Shown here: positions 10,301 to 18,467 of the stretch, one piece after another | Numbering within the stretch: the first letter of the stretch is position 1 | Layout of the letters: each line of letters opens with the position of its first letter | Source of the DNA: a virus | Lineage: Duplodnaviria; Caudoviricetes | Virus record (IMG/VR): IMGVR_UViG_3300036713_000599 | Reading direction: 5' to 3' (one strand) | Length of the DNA stretch: 64,000 nt | Notes under the pieces: model-generated | What the model was told of the DNA's origin: nothing | The model's input: the letters and a program-made list of their open reading frames with translations, nothing else | Databases searched by the model: none | Program-made: the position numbers and the translations under genes

Positions 10301-11983
10301 CTCACGTCCACAACCTTTGACGCGGGTTCGAGTGTGGAGATTCTTTCTTCCTCCACTGCCCTGACGGTCCTTGGGTTCACCTCAGGTGACAGGGCAAGTT
10401 GGGCCCAAGTGACGGCACAAGAGGTTGTTAATGGCCTCATGGCTACCGCAAGTTTTACCAGTGACGCTGTTGCGTACGTGAGTCAGATCGAAGGTCAGGA
10501 CTACATTACTATTGAGTCTCTGGCTACTGGCGCTACGACGTCCAGCATTGTCTTCGCTGCAGGCACCACAAGTGCCTTCATCGATGGTGCGGGGACTGGT
10601 ATCGTACCTGGGACGAGCGGGGACAACGGTGAGAACGCTCGCGACATCTTTACCGTATCTTCCTCGAATGCAAGCGGTTCAGCAGGTACCGGTGCTCCGG
10701 GGCAGACGTACACAGACGACGTTACGGGCCTTCGGTTCACTGTCTTGGAGTCGGCCACCGGTAGTTATACGGCAACCGGTAGCTTCACCATGACAGTGTC
10801 GCCCACTTTTAAGGTCAATCCAGCCATCCCGTGGCTTTCGATCGGCGGCCTTGAGGTTGTGGTTACTGACACTGTGGGTGTGGGTGTGGACGACACTGCG
10901 ACTGTCCAGACATTCGATCCGAGCGGCCTTGAGCCAGCGATAGGTGATTTCTACTACATTACCTATAACTTCATGAAGCAAGATTATTCGACGAGACTGT
11001 ATCAGCAGTTCAAGACTGTCGAAGCAAACTTCGGCCCTCTTTCGGCTGAGAATAGAGTCACTCTTGCGTCCTACCTGGCGATTCAAAATGGCGCAGTCCT
11101 CGTAGGTATCAAGCAAGTCTTGAAGGTGGCCAACACCAACCAGGCGTCGGCTCAGAGTTTCAATGCTGCCATCTCTGATCTGGCAACACCTCTGCCTGGC
11201 AATATCCGGCCTAATGTCCTACTTCCTCTGTCGACCGACACTTCGGTATATAGCTTCCTGATGCAACACTGCGAAACGCAGTCAAATATCCGGAACCAGT
11301 CAGAGCGTACAGGCATTATCGGATTCGCGTCGGGTACTTCTCCCACTAATGCTCAGACTATCGCCAAGAGCCTGCTAAGCAATCGTATCTCGGCTGTCTA
11401 CCCTGACTCGGCTGTCGTCACCCTGACTAATGAGTTGGGTGAGAACTTCGAGGTCCTGGTGGACGGTACCTTCCTCGCAGCTGCGGTGGGCGGTGCTGTG
11501 GTCAGCCCTGCGGTGGACGTAGCGACGCCCTGGACACGTAGGCTGGTACAGGGCTTCACGAGACTGCCTCGCATTCTTGACCCCATTGCGTCCAACCAAA
11601 CGGCGGTGGCAGGCATCACCCTCTTGGAGGACCTCGATCCGATCATTCGTATTCGACAAGGTCTCACAACCGATATGTCGAACGTCCTGACCCGGTTACC
11701 CACGGTTACGCAAATCGCTGACTACGTGCAGCAGCAGAGCCGTACGGTTCTTGACTCCTTCGTTGGGACCAAGTTCTTAAGCAGCAGGACTAACGAGGTG
11801 GAAGTCTCGATGACTGCATTGTTTAGGCAGCTTGTCCAGGCGGAGATTGTCGGAGCCTTCACGGGAATTGCGGGAGAAGTTAGCGTGGATGATCCAACTG
11901 TGATGAGGGTGGAGTCATACTATCAGCCGATATTCCCCCTTCTCTATATTCTCCTGACTTTCAACTTGAGGGCTAGGATCTAG
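7376..11983 (+). CDS. Contractile tail sheath protein, very large (~1535 aa)
   Basis: The GTG start at 7376 follows AAGGAGG (the track start of 7361 includes the RBS). The N-terminus is YVPPGVYT...PVIIG. The C-terminal sheath core reads DGTFLAAAVGG...TPWTRR...QIADYVQQQSRTVLDSFVG...YQPIFPLLYILLTF. Confidence 0.9.
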   Translation: MALGPFTTYVPPGVYTRTLTEANAANLVAGLRIPVIIGVGQEELEQPDLELVRGSSATLDQQIVSEDVSQRFVVDETNPSSPVLGAVDGTVSKFRVRNFPVVTGEGLGRAANSPRHVSVTVDGNQVAVGSVQGTDGYVTLQVPPQAGADVRCTYFFHRSDTAFIDDVSSQVTTEQAVLTAPATATYTVTLGTTDSFKFTIDGGFETTIVFTAGSYTAAGIKALVDAASVTGLSTSVYTDERGGEHVRFTAAQSIVIGDGGANGVLGFAAGTQTTRNAAFRVFQRPIVDGTDGGITTTDTSKVVVLVNGSQVIPAEVDGTNGLVTLSQPPASGSTVSIQYWANTWQDTFDYLPNTLVTDVIRCGFSAGRNDYIEEQDFVISNPSADVSIIHWGASYVVASTSRTAGSTVFDDTQIIPTLVDDKLYNAECARVSDTTVVPATQSPNQFLLPEVPTLGNGRDTPLGSSVYNAVSNSRIGLNTNRPDLITVYTGRDLRDALGRNPVTVTQVDAVTRTITLKDAVPPDHNAYATFWYSRLSDDTYVFTNKVAGAVNVGQYEVYSTSTASNLYHCQFGTKTGLPETVQWPRGVENIPDAFHTGAGTPVAEIVTVTFSSEGAKNAVYTNEGAAPYSMFAGASDFWRSTLNGSSYVTDLDTAVLGYLAGSRVSVSALDQITITTGTNDEFNVTVDGTDTDVTLPAGDLTPAQIVSAVNIAAGGAVASTGTLTLTGQPLDTETVEIGGKTYTFQTVLTDVDGNVLIGATASDSLDNLIAAINLDAGAGTLYATSMTLHPTVTAAAGAGDTMDVTAKAAGVAGDSITTTQTLTNGTWGGATLSGGVDGTTVAAYYQIGGSGGDVFFVLQSASTPAALPAGFDHASEVSIRQGTAESTLGFSAFQSASGTPTATTKPATLLGTEAGPFVITAGVDDQLDIRVDGVDYQITLTAGAAVASSTIVSDINTVVAGVASVGTLANLDQVRLTSTTFDAGSSVEILSSSTALTVLGFTSGDRASWAQVTAQEVVNGLMATASFTSDAVAYVSQIEGQDYITIESLATGATTSSIVFAAGTTSAFIDGAGTGIVPGTSGDNGENARDIFTVSSSNASGSAGTGAPGQTYTDDVTGLRFTVLESATGSYTATGSFTMTVSPTFKVNPAIPWLSIGGLEVVVTDTVGVGVDDTATVQTFDPSGLEPAIGDFYYITYNFMKQDYSTRLYQQFKTVEANFGPLSAENRVTLASYLAIQNGAVLVGIKQVLKVANTNQASAQSFNAAISDLATPLPGNIRPNVLLPLSTDTSVYSFLMQHCETQSNIRNQSERTGIIGFASGTSPTNAQTIAKSLLSNRISAVYPDSAVVTLTNELGENFEVLVDGTFLAAAVGGAVVSPAVDVATPWTRRLVQGFTRLPRILDPIASNQTAVAGITLLEDLDPIIRIRQGLTTDMSNVLTRLPTVTQIADYVQQQSRTVLDSFVGTKFLSSRTNEVEVSMTALFRQLVQAEIVGAFTGIAGEVSVDDPTVMRVESYYQPIFPLLYILLTFNLRARI

Positions 11984-12000
11984 GGGCCAGCATTTTCTAA

Positions 12001-12037
12001 ACTTAGCCCTCGGCAGGCTGGTAGTCGTGGGCTAAGT
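12001..12037 (+). promoter_or_regulatory. Inverted repeat / hairpin after the sheath gene
   Basis: ACTTAGCCC (12001-12009) and GGGCTAAGT (12029-12037) form a perfect 9-bp stem. No U-tract follows. Confidence 0.4.
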
Positions 12038-12175
12038 CGGAAGCATACTGGAACTTCTCGTCTCCTGCCTCACCTGCGAACATCAAGCCCAGATCCTCGC
12101 AAGACATCTCAAGGCTGCTCGCAGCATCGAACGGCCGCCCTGCCTGGAGTGAGGCTTACTGGTCGTGTCCCCCTG

Positions 12176-13069
12176 TGTAATCTCCTTGTAAGCCTGGTAA
12201 ATCAGACGACCCAATGGAGGATGGTTGTGCCTAAATACACCCAAGGTTCACTTGAAGTAGATGAGCTGATCACCGTCGCGTCTCCGATCACAACGCGTAA
12301 ATTGCTCTGGCTCATGCCATCAGATAACAACGCCAAGTCGCGTATTTACGCGGCGAACAATGGGCGGCTCGAACTCGTACACGGTGCTTACTGGAACGGA
12401 TCTCAATGGAACTTTGACGACCCCGGTGTGTGGAATGCGCTGAGGTACTCAATGACCAACAACGGTGAGATCCAGTGCGAGGATTCGACTAACTCATCCG
12501 ACCCTGTCACATGGAGTGACCCGCGGGTCGCTGGCCGCAACTCTATGATCGACTGGCTTTATACTTCGGGAGGTAGCGCTGGATCATTCTTTGACACTCT
12601 GATAGCGACAACAACACCGACATACCTGCAAGACGGCGCTTCTGACATCGTACTGTACCCGCTGAATTTGCGGACAGGTGACATCGTCGAGGTGCAGGCT
12701 GGTTTTTATCTTGAGACGGAGTATGACTCCGGTGTGACAAGTATTCGAATATCTGTGTATTATGATACGACGGACCATTGGGTACCTGGGTCGCATATAT
12801 ATCTACGTGGGCCTAATGTAGACCAACACTTCGCGATCACGTTATACGGGCGTTATGTCATGCCTAGTAATCAAGGGACACCAGAGATCAAGATACAAGC
12901 GTTTAATACCGCAGCAGGTGGCAACACGGTGTTTCGTGGGGAGTATTACCTGTCGGCAAAGATTATAAGGCCGTAGCGCCTGATGTGCGTAGACAAACGG
13001 ACGTACTTCGATAACTTTGAGCAAGTTTGTAGGAACAGTACGGTGAAGCTCGAACTGTAATCCCCTTGT
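12176..13069 (+). promoter_or_regulatory. Two copies of TGTAATCYCCTTGT upstream of the 12227 gene and the helicase (candidate phage promoter)
   Basis: TGTAATCTCCTTGT at 12176-12189 and TGTAATCCCCTTGT at 13056-13069 match at 13 of 14 positions. Both are intergenic. Confidence 0.45.
12227..12976 (+). CDS. Hypothetical virion/fibre-like beta protein
   Basis: The GTG at 12227 lies 6 nt after GGAGG, giving 249 aa. It is rich in W/Y/T and its C-terminal ~110 aa look like a beta-sandwich fibre-tip domain. Confidence 0.6.
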   Translation: MPKYTQGSLEVDELITVASPITTRKLLWLMPSDNNAKSRIYAANNGRLELVHGAYWNGSQWNFDDPGVWNALRYSMTNNGEIQCEDSTNSSDPVTWSDPRVAGRNSMIDWLYTSGGSAGSFFDTLIATTTPTYLQDGASDIVLYPLNLRTGDIVEVQAGFYLETEYDSGVTSIRISVYYDTTDHWVPGSHIYLRGPNVDQHFAITLYGRYVMPSNQGTPEIKIQAFNTAAGGNTVFRGEYYLSAKIIRP

Positions 13070-13135
13070 GGACTCATTAGCGTGTGGTCCACCTCTATGT
13101 CCGGCCTGTCCGGTGTATGACCTGGAAACGATAAA

Positions 13136-16100
13136 ATGGATGCAATGCAAGAACTCCTAAAGGTTGTTGAGGATTTCAAGCGGCACATTGGCGGTGCGGC
13201 GGAGGACGGTAAGGCTGAGCCTCTGGAAGCCTACCTGGCGTCGGAGTATCTGATCTTCGTCCAAGCCTTCGATGTGTACTCACGGCACCTAGAGGACACC
13301 ATTCGGTTCAAGATCGAGACGTTGGTAGCTCGTCGGGAGGCTTTGACCGATCCTGCTGTGATTGCGGACATTGACAGGCAACTCACCCAGCTTGAGGCCC
13401 ACCAGGAGAATCCTGTGGATAAGGTTGTCCAGGCGGGTGTTCGGCTAATGAAGCGTCTTGACTCAGAGATGGCTGAATTTACCAATTTCATGCGTGAGAA
13501 TTTACCTGAGCAATTCCATAATAAGTTGGATCGGACGATGCGTAAGCCGGCCCGTGACCCACAGGGCGTGGCCTTGCGTGCACGTGGCCTTCGCGGTGTA
13601 GTGATGCGTGGCGGGCCTAAGACTCTCAAGGGCCTTTTTGGCAGTAAGATCAAGCTTCGTAACCAGAACCAGGAAGCTCTTGCCGCTGTCCAGATGGATG
13701 ATGGTGATGAAGCTCTCAAGAAACTCGCCGCTATCCCTGTGAAACACGCCCTCATTCGCAAGTGGATCAGTTGGGCGGATGAGACAGCAAAGCCTTTAAA
13801 AGCAGAAGAGTTTTTTCCTGAATTTGTGTCACCTACGGAGATAGGTGCATCTGAGGTGTCGGATAGGGCTACGACTCTCGTGTCCCAACAGTCGAGACAG
13901 CTTGGTGCTACGGATCCGGAGGAGGTCCAAGAAGCCAAGGTGGCTAGGGATGAGACGATCGTGGCGGTGGAGCAAGAGGCCACTGCTAAGGCTCAGGAGG
14001 CCCTGGAAAAGGCTGGAGAGCCAGACGAACCCCCTAAGAAGTCCGAGGTGGTTGGAATCGCGACAGCGGCAGCCCTCACGGCCATAACGGATCTGTCCAA
14101 CCCACAGAACGTTCCCAATACTCTCAAGGGACTCGACGACGAGCAAAGGGCGGCAGCCCTCACGGACGGTAAGGTGCTCGTCGCTGCGGCAGCCGGTTCT
14201 GGTAAGACTCGGACGGCTGTTGCACGTATTTCTCATCTTGTGTTGGATAGAGGTGTTCCACCTACAAAAATTCTGGCCGCCACTTTCAACAAGAAGGCGG
14301 GGAAGGAACTTTCTCAGCGTCTTGTTCCTACATTGGGTCAAGATGTCGTCAAACAGATGGAGGCGGCGGGTAAGTTAGGCACACTTCATTCCACCTTCCG
14401 TCGAGTTATCAAAGAGCACGGTAACTTTGACGAGCAGATGGCTATCTCGAAGGCAGCCTTTCAGGGAGGCGGAGACAAGATTGGTCGGTGGGTCAACAAG
14501 GTGTGGGGAGCGTGCTACGGTCCTGAAAATATCCCTAAGCTTTCGGACATGATGCGATACAAGACTCAGTGGGCGGGCAACGATATCTCCCCTGAACAAG
14601 CTTTGGCCGAGGCTGAGAACAAGGAAGAGTCTCAGGCTGCTCTATGGTACGGATGGTACGAGAACTTCAAAAAGGCCAACCCTGGTGAGTGGGCCCCTCC
14701 TTGTGAGGGGAAACAACAGGAAGCCAATCAGCAGGAGGCTCGTGAGAGACGCCAAAGGCGTCGTCGTCCTACCCAATGGGAGACATTCCTTAACAACGTC
14801 CGGACCGTGCAATACAAGGGTCGGCCTAAGACAGTTCGTGTTGGGGACTTTGACGACATGCTTTCGATGGCTCGGGACATCCTTCGTCGGAACCCCGAAG
14901 CGAGAAAGCAGATTCAATCGGGGCTTGACCATGTAATTGTTGATGAGGGCCAAGACCAAAATACTGTTCAGCACGAAGTCATTGGTTACATGACGGAGCA
15001 TGTGGCTAGTGATGGTAGCGACGGTCGGTCCTTGTGGGTTGTAGGCGATGAATCGCAGTCGATTTATTCGTTCCGAGGGGCACGTCCTGACCAATTTGTA
15101 GGGCTTCACGAGAACGAAGAATTCACAACTCGGGCGATCAAAACCAACTACCGATGTGAGCCTGAAATCGTTGGGGCTGCGAACAAACTCATCGAGAACA
15201 ATGAGGACCGGCTCCCGATAGCTGCGAACGCTAACCCTGCGAGGCAGGCGGGCAACGCATCCATTAAGGTTTCGACTCCGGAGGACGAAGCGTCCGCCGC
15301 CATCTCCGTGATTGACAGGGTCAAGTCCCTCGTGGATCGTCCTGATGGTGATGAGTTCAACGACCACGCGGTTTTGACCCGCACCAATGCTGAGCTGAAT
15401 GCCTATGAAACGGCCTGTATTATAGGCAATGTGCCTTACCAGCGGAAGGGCGGGGGAGGATTCTTAGAATCCCCTGAGACGAAGGCTGTTTTAGGTTACG
15501 TCGATTTGGTCATGGGCAGTGATCATGAGAAGATGCAGGAGTCCTTCGCTAGCGTCATTGATCGACCCCAGAGGTTCTTTAGGGGTACCGACGGCCCTGA
15601 ACTGGTCAAGGGTGTGTTCCGTGAGTACGCTCGCCGTATTGGCGAGGATGTAGGTTCGATTAGCCCAATGGTGGCGTTGAACGATTCGACGTTCGTTCGT
15701 ATGTTGTCGGAAGCTCTCTCTAAGAGTTCAAGGGCAGTCGGGCACGGTATCAGTAAGATTGAGGACCTTCGCGACTCTCTCATGGATATGCAGGCACATG
15801 CGGATGAGGGAGGTAGCGTCGAAGATCTCTTCGACGATATCCTTGACCTCAAGGGTCGCGTTCCTGTCGTTGACGAGAAGACGGGACGCTCTCAGTTCAA
15901 AGAGGTGTCTCTTCGGGAAAGCATTCAAGGGTTTACTCGGGACAACACTTCTGAGGATGATGAGGGTGGCGAAGGTGATGCGGACGATAGCATGGTGGGG
16001 CTTGGAAATGTTTCGTTCCTCTTCTTGTTGACTGAGCCTGACCCAACAGATCCGGCTGATATTGCACAGAGCCCTAAAACACCTGCTGGGTTCAAGGCTA

Positions 16101-16645
16101 AGATGGCTCGATACGAGGAGCGTGCGAAGAGTCTTCGTGTGCCTACAGAGGAGGAGCGTGCTGCTGCTCTCAAGCAAGGCAAGGTTCTTCCTGAGGCACC
16201 TACCAATTTCATGTCCCTGAATACGGTACACGCCACGAAGGGGTTGGAATGGAAGAACGTATATGTTTCGATGCCGGGCTCTAAGTTTCCCATGCCTCTT
16301 TTTACGAAGGAAAATGAGCCTCCTCCCCCTGTTGAGAAGGAGCAGAAGCAACTTGAGTCCGAGAGGCGTCTTGGTTATGTAGCCATCACGAGGGCTGAGA
16401 AGAATCTTACCATCTTGTGCCCTAAGGTGGTAGGTGGTAGGCCTTCCGGTGTTAGTCGGTTTGTGGAGGAGGCAGGGTTGGAGGTAGGAGAGAACGTCAA
16501 CCCACCTGGTGAGGCAGGCGACGCTGCAGCTGAGGTGGAGAAGTCGACTACTCGAACAGCTTCCGTTGAGTGGTATGATGAGGAAACTGAAGACGACATT
16601 GTGATGACGGCTTCTGAGTGGAGTAAGGACGTGTGCAATGGCTAG
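13136..16645 (+). CDS. uvrD: UvrD/Rep/PcrA-family SF1 DNA helicase with ~330-aa N-terminal extension
   Basis: All SF1A motifs are present in order: LDDEQ, AAAGSGKT, TFNKKA, GTLHS, DFDDML, IVDEGQD, VGDESQSIYSFRGA, NYRC, LTRTN, TVHATKGLEW, ERRLGYVAITRA. Confidence 0.95.
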   Translation: MDAMQELLKVVEDFKRHIGGAAEDGKAEPLEAYLASEYLIFVQAFDVYSRHLEDTIRFKIETLVARREALTDPAVIADIDRQLTQLEAHQENPVDKVVQAGVRLMKRLDSEMAEFTNFMRENLPEQFHNKLDRTMRKPARDPQGVALRARGLRGVVMRGGPKTLKGLFGSKIKLRNQNQEALAAVQMDDGDEALKKLAAIPVKHALIRKWISWADETAKPLKAEEFFPEFVSPTEIGASEVSDRATTLVSQQSRQLGATDPEEVQEAKVARDETIVAVEQEATAKAQEALEKAGEPDEPPKKSEVVGIATAAALTAITDLSNPQNVPNTLKGLDDEQRAAALTDGKVLVAAAAGSGKTRTAVARISHLVLDRGVPPTKILAATFNKKAGKELSQRLVPTLGQDVVKQMEAAGKLGTLHSTFRRVIKEHGNFDEQMAISKAAFQGGGDKIGRWVNKVWGACYGPENIPKLSDMMRYKTQWAGNDISPEQALAEAENKEESQAALWYGWYENFKKANPGEWAPPCEGKQQEANQQEARERRQRRRRPTQWETFLNNVRTVQYKGRPKTVRVGDFDDMLSMARDILRRNPEARKQIQSGLDHVIVDEGQDQNTVQHEVIGYMTEHVASDGSDGRSLWVVGDESQSIYSFRGARPDQFVGLHENEEFTTRAIKTNYRCEPEIVGAANKLIENNEDRLPIAANANPARQAGNASIKVSTPEDEASAAISVIDRVKSLVDRPDGDEFNDHAVLTRTNAELNAYETACIIGNVPYQRKGGGGFLESPETKAVLGYVDLVMGSDHEKMQESFASVIDRPQRFFRGTDGPELVKGVFREYARRIGEDVGSISPMVALNDSTFVRMLSEALSKSSRAVGHGISKIEDLRDSLMDMQAHADEGGSVEDLFDDILDLKGRVPVVDEKTGRSQFKEVSLRESIQGFTRDNTSEDDEGGEGDADDSMVGLGNVSFLFLLTEPDPTDPADIAQSPKTPAGFKAKMARYEERAKSLRVPTEEERAAALKQGKVLPEAPTNFMSLNTVHATKGLEWKNVYVSMPGSKFPMPLFTKENEPPPPVEKEQKQLESERRLGYVAITRAEKNLTILCPKVVGGRPSGVSRFVEEAGLEVGENVNPPGEAGDAAAEVEKSTTRTASVEWYDEETEDDIVMTASEWSKDVCNG

Positions 16646-17600
16646 TCGGTACGTTGAGATCTCCAAGGCGGAGATGGAGAAGTTCATCAAGAACTCTTAT
16701 CGACCTTACCGTCCAAAGCCTGGCAGGGTCGGGGACATGCTGACGTACACACTTCAGCTCAGTCCCAACGTAGGCATTCGTATTCACACCTCCCTATCCG
16801 TTGGAAGGACTGAGGTTCGCGGTGTAGGGGACGACGCCATAGAGGTGTTCCTTGTGAGTTTGAAGCTCAAGGGTAGACAGGAATACCTCATGACAAGGTC
16901 CACGCAAAAGAAGCACGGGGTTGTGCTTGTGATGCGGACCAAGAACTGGCGATCGGCCCTCGATGATCGAGTGGACAAGCTAATTGACATTTATGAGGAC
17001 AACGAGGAGTATTGGGACAAGCGAGCCCAGGGAACCTCGGAGCAGGCGATCGGCCCCTCTCCGAAGCAGCTTGACTACATGAAGAAGCTTGTGGGCCTCG
17101 TTTTCCAGAGGGACTTGCAGGATAAGGTTCGTTGGTCAGAGTTTGGGCTTGACGGTAAAGTAGAGTCGATGGACTTCTCGAAGCTCGAACCTGGCAGGGG
17201 AGGATCGGCTTCGCGGTTTATTGATCATGTTCGATCTGTATTGGACACAGAAGAGGCTGAGGCCGAAAAGGATCGGGCTCAGAATGACCAGAAGTCTGAG
17301 GAGGAGTCTAGCGGGGGACCAACGGATGCCCAAGTCCAGAGACTTGGCTATCACCTTCGCGGCAAGGAGTGGCTTTGGCGTAAACATAACCTCGATCGGT
17401 TTGGCCCTGTTCCTAGGGGGCCTGAAGACTTCCGCCAGAGGTTCACGCGAGAGCAGGCGGCAGATATTATCAAGATCCTAGACGATTCTCTTAGTGCATG
17501 GCAGCGGAGTAGGCAGCGTTCTGCTTCTGAGGAGCTTGTTGGGTGGGGTAACATCACAGAGGATGAAGCGGAAACTCTCTACGGCCCTGTCGCTGGATAA
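16638..17600 (+). CDS. Hypothetical protein with N-terminal alpha/beta domain and two short P-S/T-x-x-Q helical repeats
   Basis: 320 aa, overlapping the helicase stop by 8 nt. It contains R..G.DAI.V...RTKNWR..L and the repeats GPSPKQLDYMKKL and GPTDAQVQRL. Confidence 0.7.
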   Translation: MASRYVEISKAEMEKFIKNSYRPYRPKPGRVGDMLTYTLQLSPNVGIRIHTSLSVGRTEVRGVGDDAIEVFLVSLKLKGRQEYLMTRSTQKKHGVVLVMRTKNWRSALDDRVDKLIDIYEDNEEYWDKRAQGTSEQAIGPSPKQLDYMKKLVGLVFQRDLQDKVRWSEFGLDGKVESMDFSKLEPGRGGSASRFIDHVRSVLDTEEAEAEKDRAQNDQKSEEESSGGPTDAQVQRLGYHLRGKEWLWRKHNLDRFGPVPRGPEDFRQRFTREQAADIIKILDDSLSAWQRSRQRSASEELVGWGNITEDEAETLYGPVAG

Positions 17601-17617
17601 CCGGTGTATTCTCCCAC

Positions 17618-18424
17618 ATGGAGGAACTTCAATTTCAGGTTCTCGTTGACCCGAAGCACGGCTCCAATGTAGGCGAAGATGTTGTAGCCTTCGGTGATTT
17701 CGACAAGGGACCTTATGTATACGGTGGTCCTGGGGCTCTTGCGTCTTTCTACTCAGAACTGATTTTAGGTCGTCCGTTTCCTCTGAAGTTTTTAGTGCGA
17801 GAAGTATCGGTGAGCACGATCTTTGCTATCGCCCTTTTTCTCCGACGGGATCTTGCCATACACCCCAGAACACCAAGTTTGATTACATCTGCTACTCTAG
17901 TAGATCAGTATAGAGAGGCAGGGTACGCTCATGTAGCATCAGACATTGGGCAATTTTTTAGTATGTTGGAGAATTATTTACCCCCTGGTACATCAAAAAG
18001 CGAACTTCAGAAGAAATTACCTACTGCACTTGAGTGGGTGAGTCTTTTGGTTACTGAGGAAGCTCTCCCGGCCTTACCTCCGAGGGTACCTGTTCCCAGC
18101 CTGTTGGATGTGGGTACTACGGGTTTTGTCTTAGCTGAGACACCACACAAGGATCTAGGGCGGGGTTGGATCGAGTTATTCCGACAAGGTTTTCTCAGGG
18201 GAGCTTTATTTCACCAAGGAAAGGGAAGGCTGTTTGTGCTCGCGGCCAGGAAAAGTCCTTTTTTGTCCTTTGACCTCCGAAAAGGGGCTAACATCCTGAA
18301 TGAGGCCGAAAGTGCTATGGGTGAACCTTCTGGTTGGCAGGGTGAGGATTTGTGGTTGCACGGCCCTAAGAAGGGAACATTCTTACCTATGGCTTCGATT
18401 ATTGAGGTTTTGGTTCGATTGTAG
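17618..18424 (+). CDS. Degenerate DHH/DHHA1-like protein
   Basis: 268 aa. The C-terminus (ARKSPFLSFDL....ILNEAE.....GWQG...HGP..GT.L) recalls the DHHA1-type domain of phage DHH proteins. No DHH catalytic triad is visible. The region is visibly more T-rich than its flanks. Confidence 0.45.
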   Translation: MEELQFQVLVDPKHGSNVGEDVVAFGDFDKGPYVYGGPGALASFYSELILGRPFPLKFLVREVSVSTIFAIALFLRRDLAIHPRTPSLITSATLVDQYREAGYAHVASDIGQFFSMLENYLPPGTSKSELQKKLPTALEWVSLLVTEEALPALPPRVPVPSLLDVGTTGFVLAETPHKDLGRGWIELFRQGFLRGALFHQGKGRLFVLAARKSPFLSFDLRKGANILNEAESAMGEPSGWQGEDLWLHGPKKGTFLPMASIIEVLVRL

Positions 18425-18467
18425 AGATTCAATTTTCAATATAGTTTTCGTTGTCGCCCCAAGATGA

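Noticed and set aside
12001-12050. Intrinsic terminator after the sheath gene
   Set aside because: A stem is present, but the loop is 19 nt and no U-tract follows. It is listed only as a hairpin.
12003-12107. 34-aa minus-strand ORF (MSCEDLGLMFAGEAGDEKFQYASDLAHDYQPAEG) in the post-sheath gap
   Set aside because: It is short, has no RBS and shows no supporting motif. It is kept only as a possibility.
12983-13060. 25-aa plus-strand ORF upstream of the helicase
   Set aside because: It has no RBS and is too short to support. Its end overlaps the candidate promoter motif.
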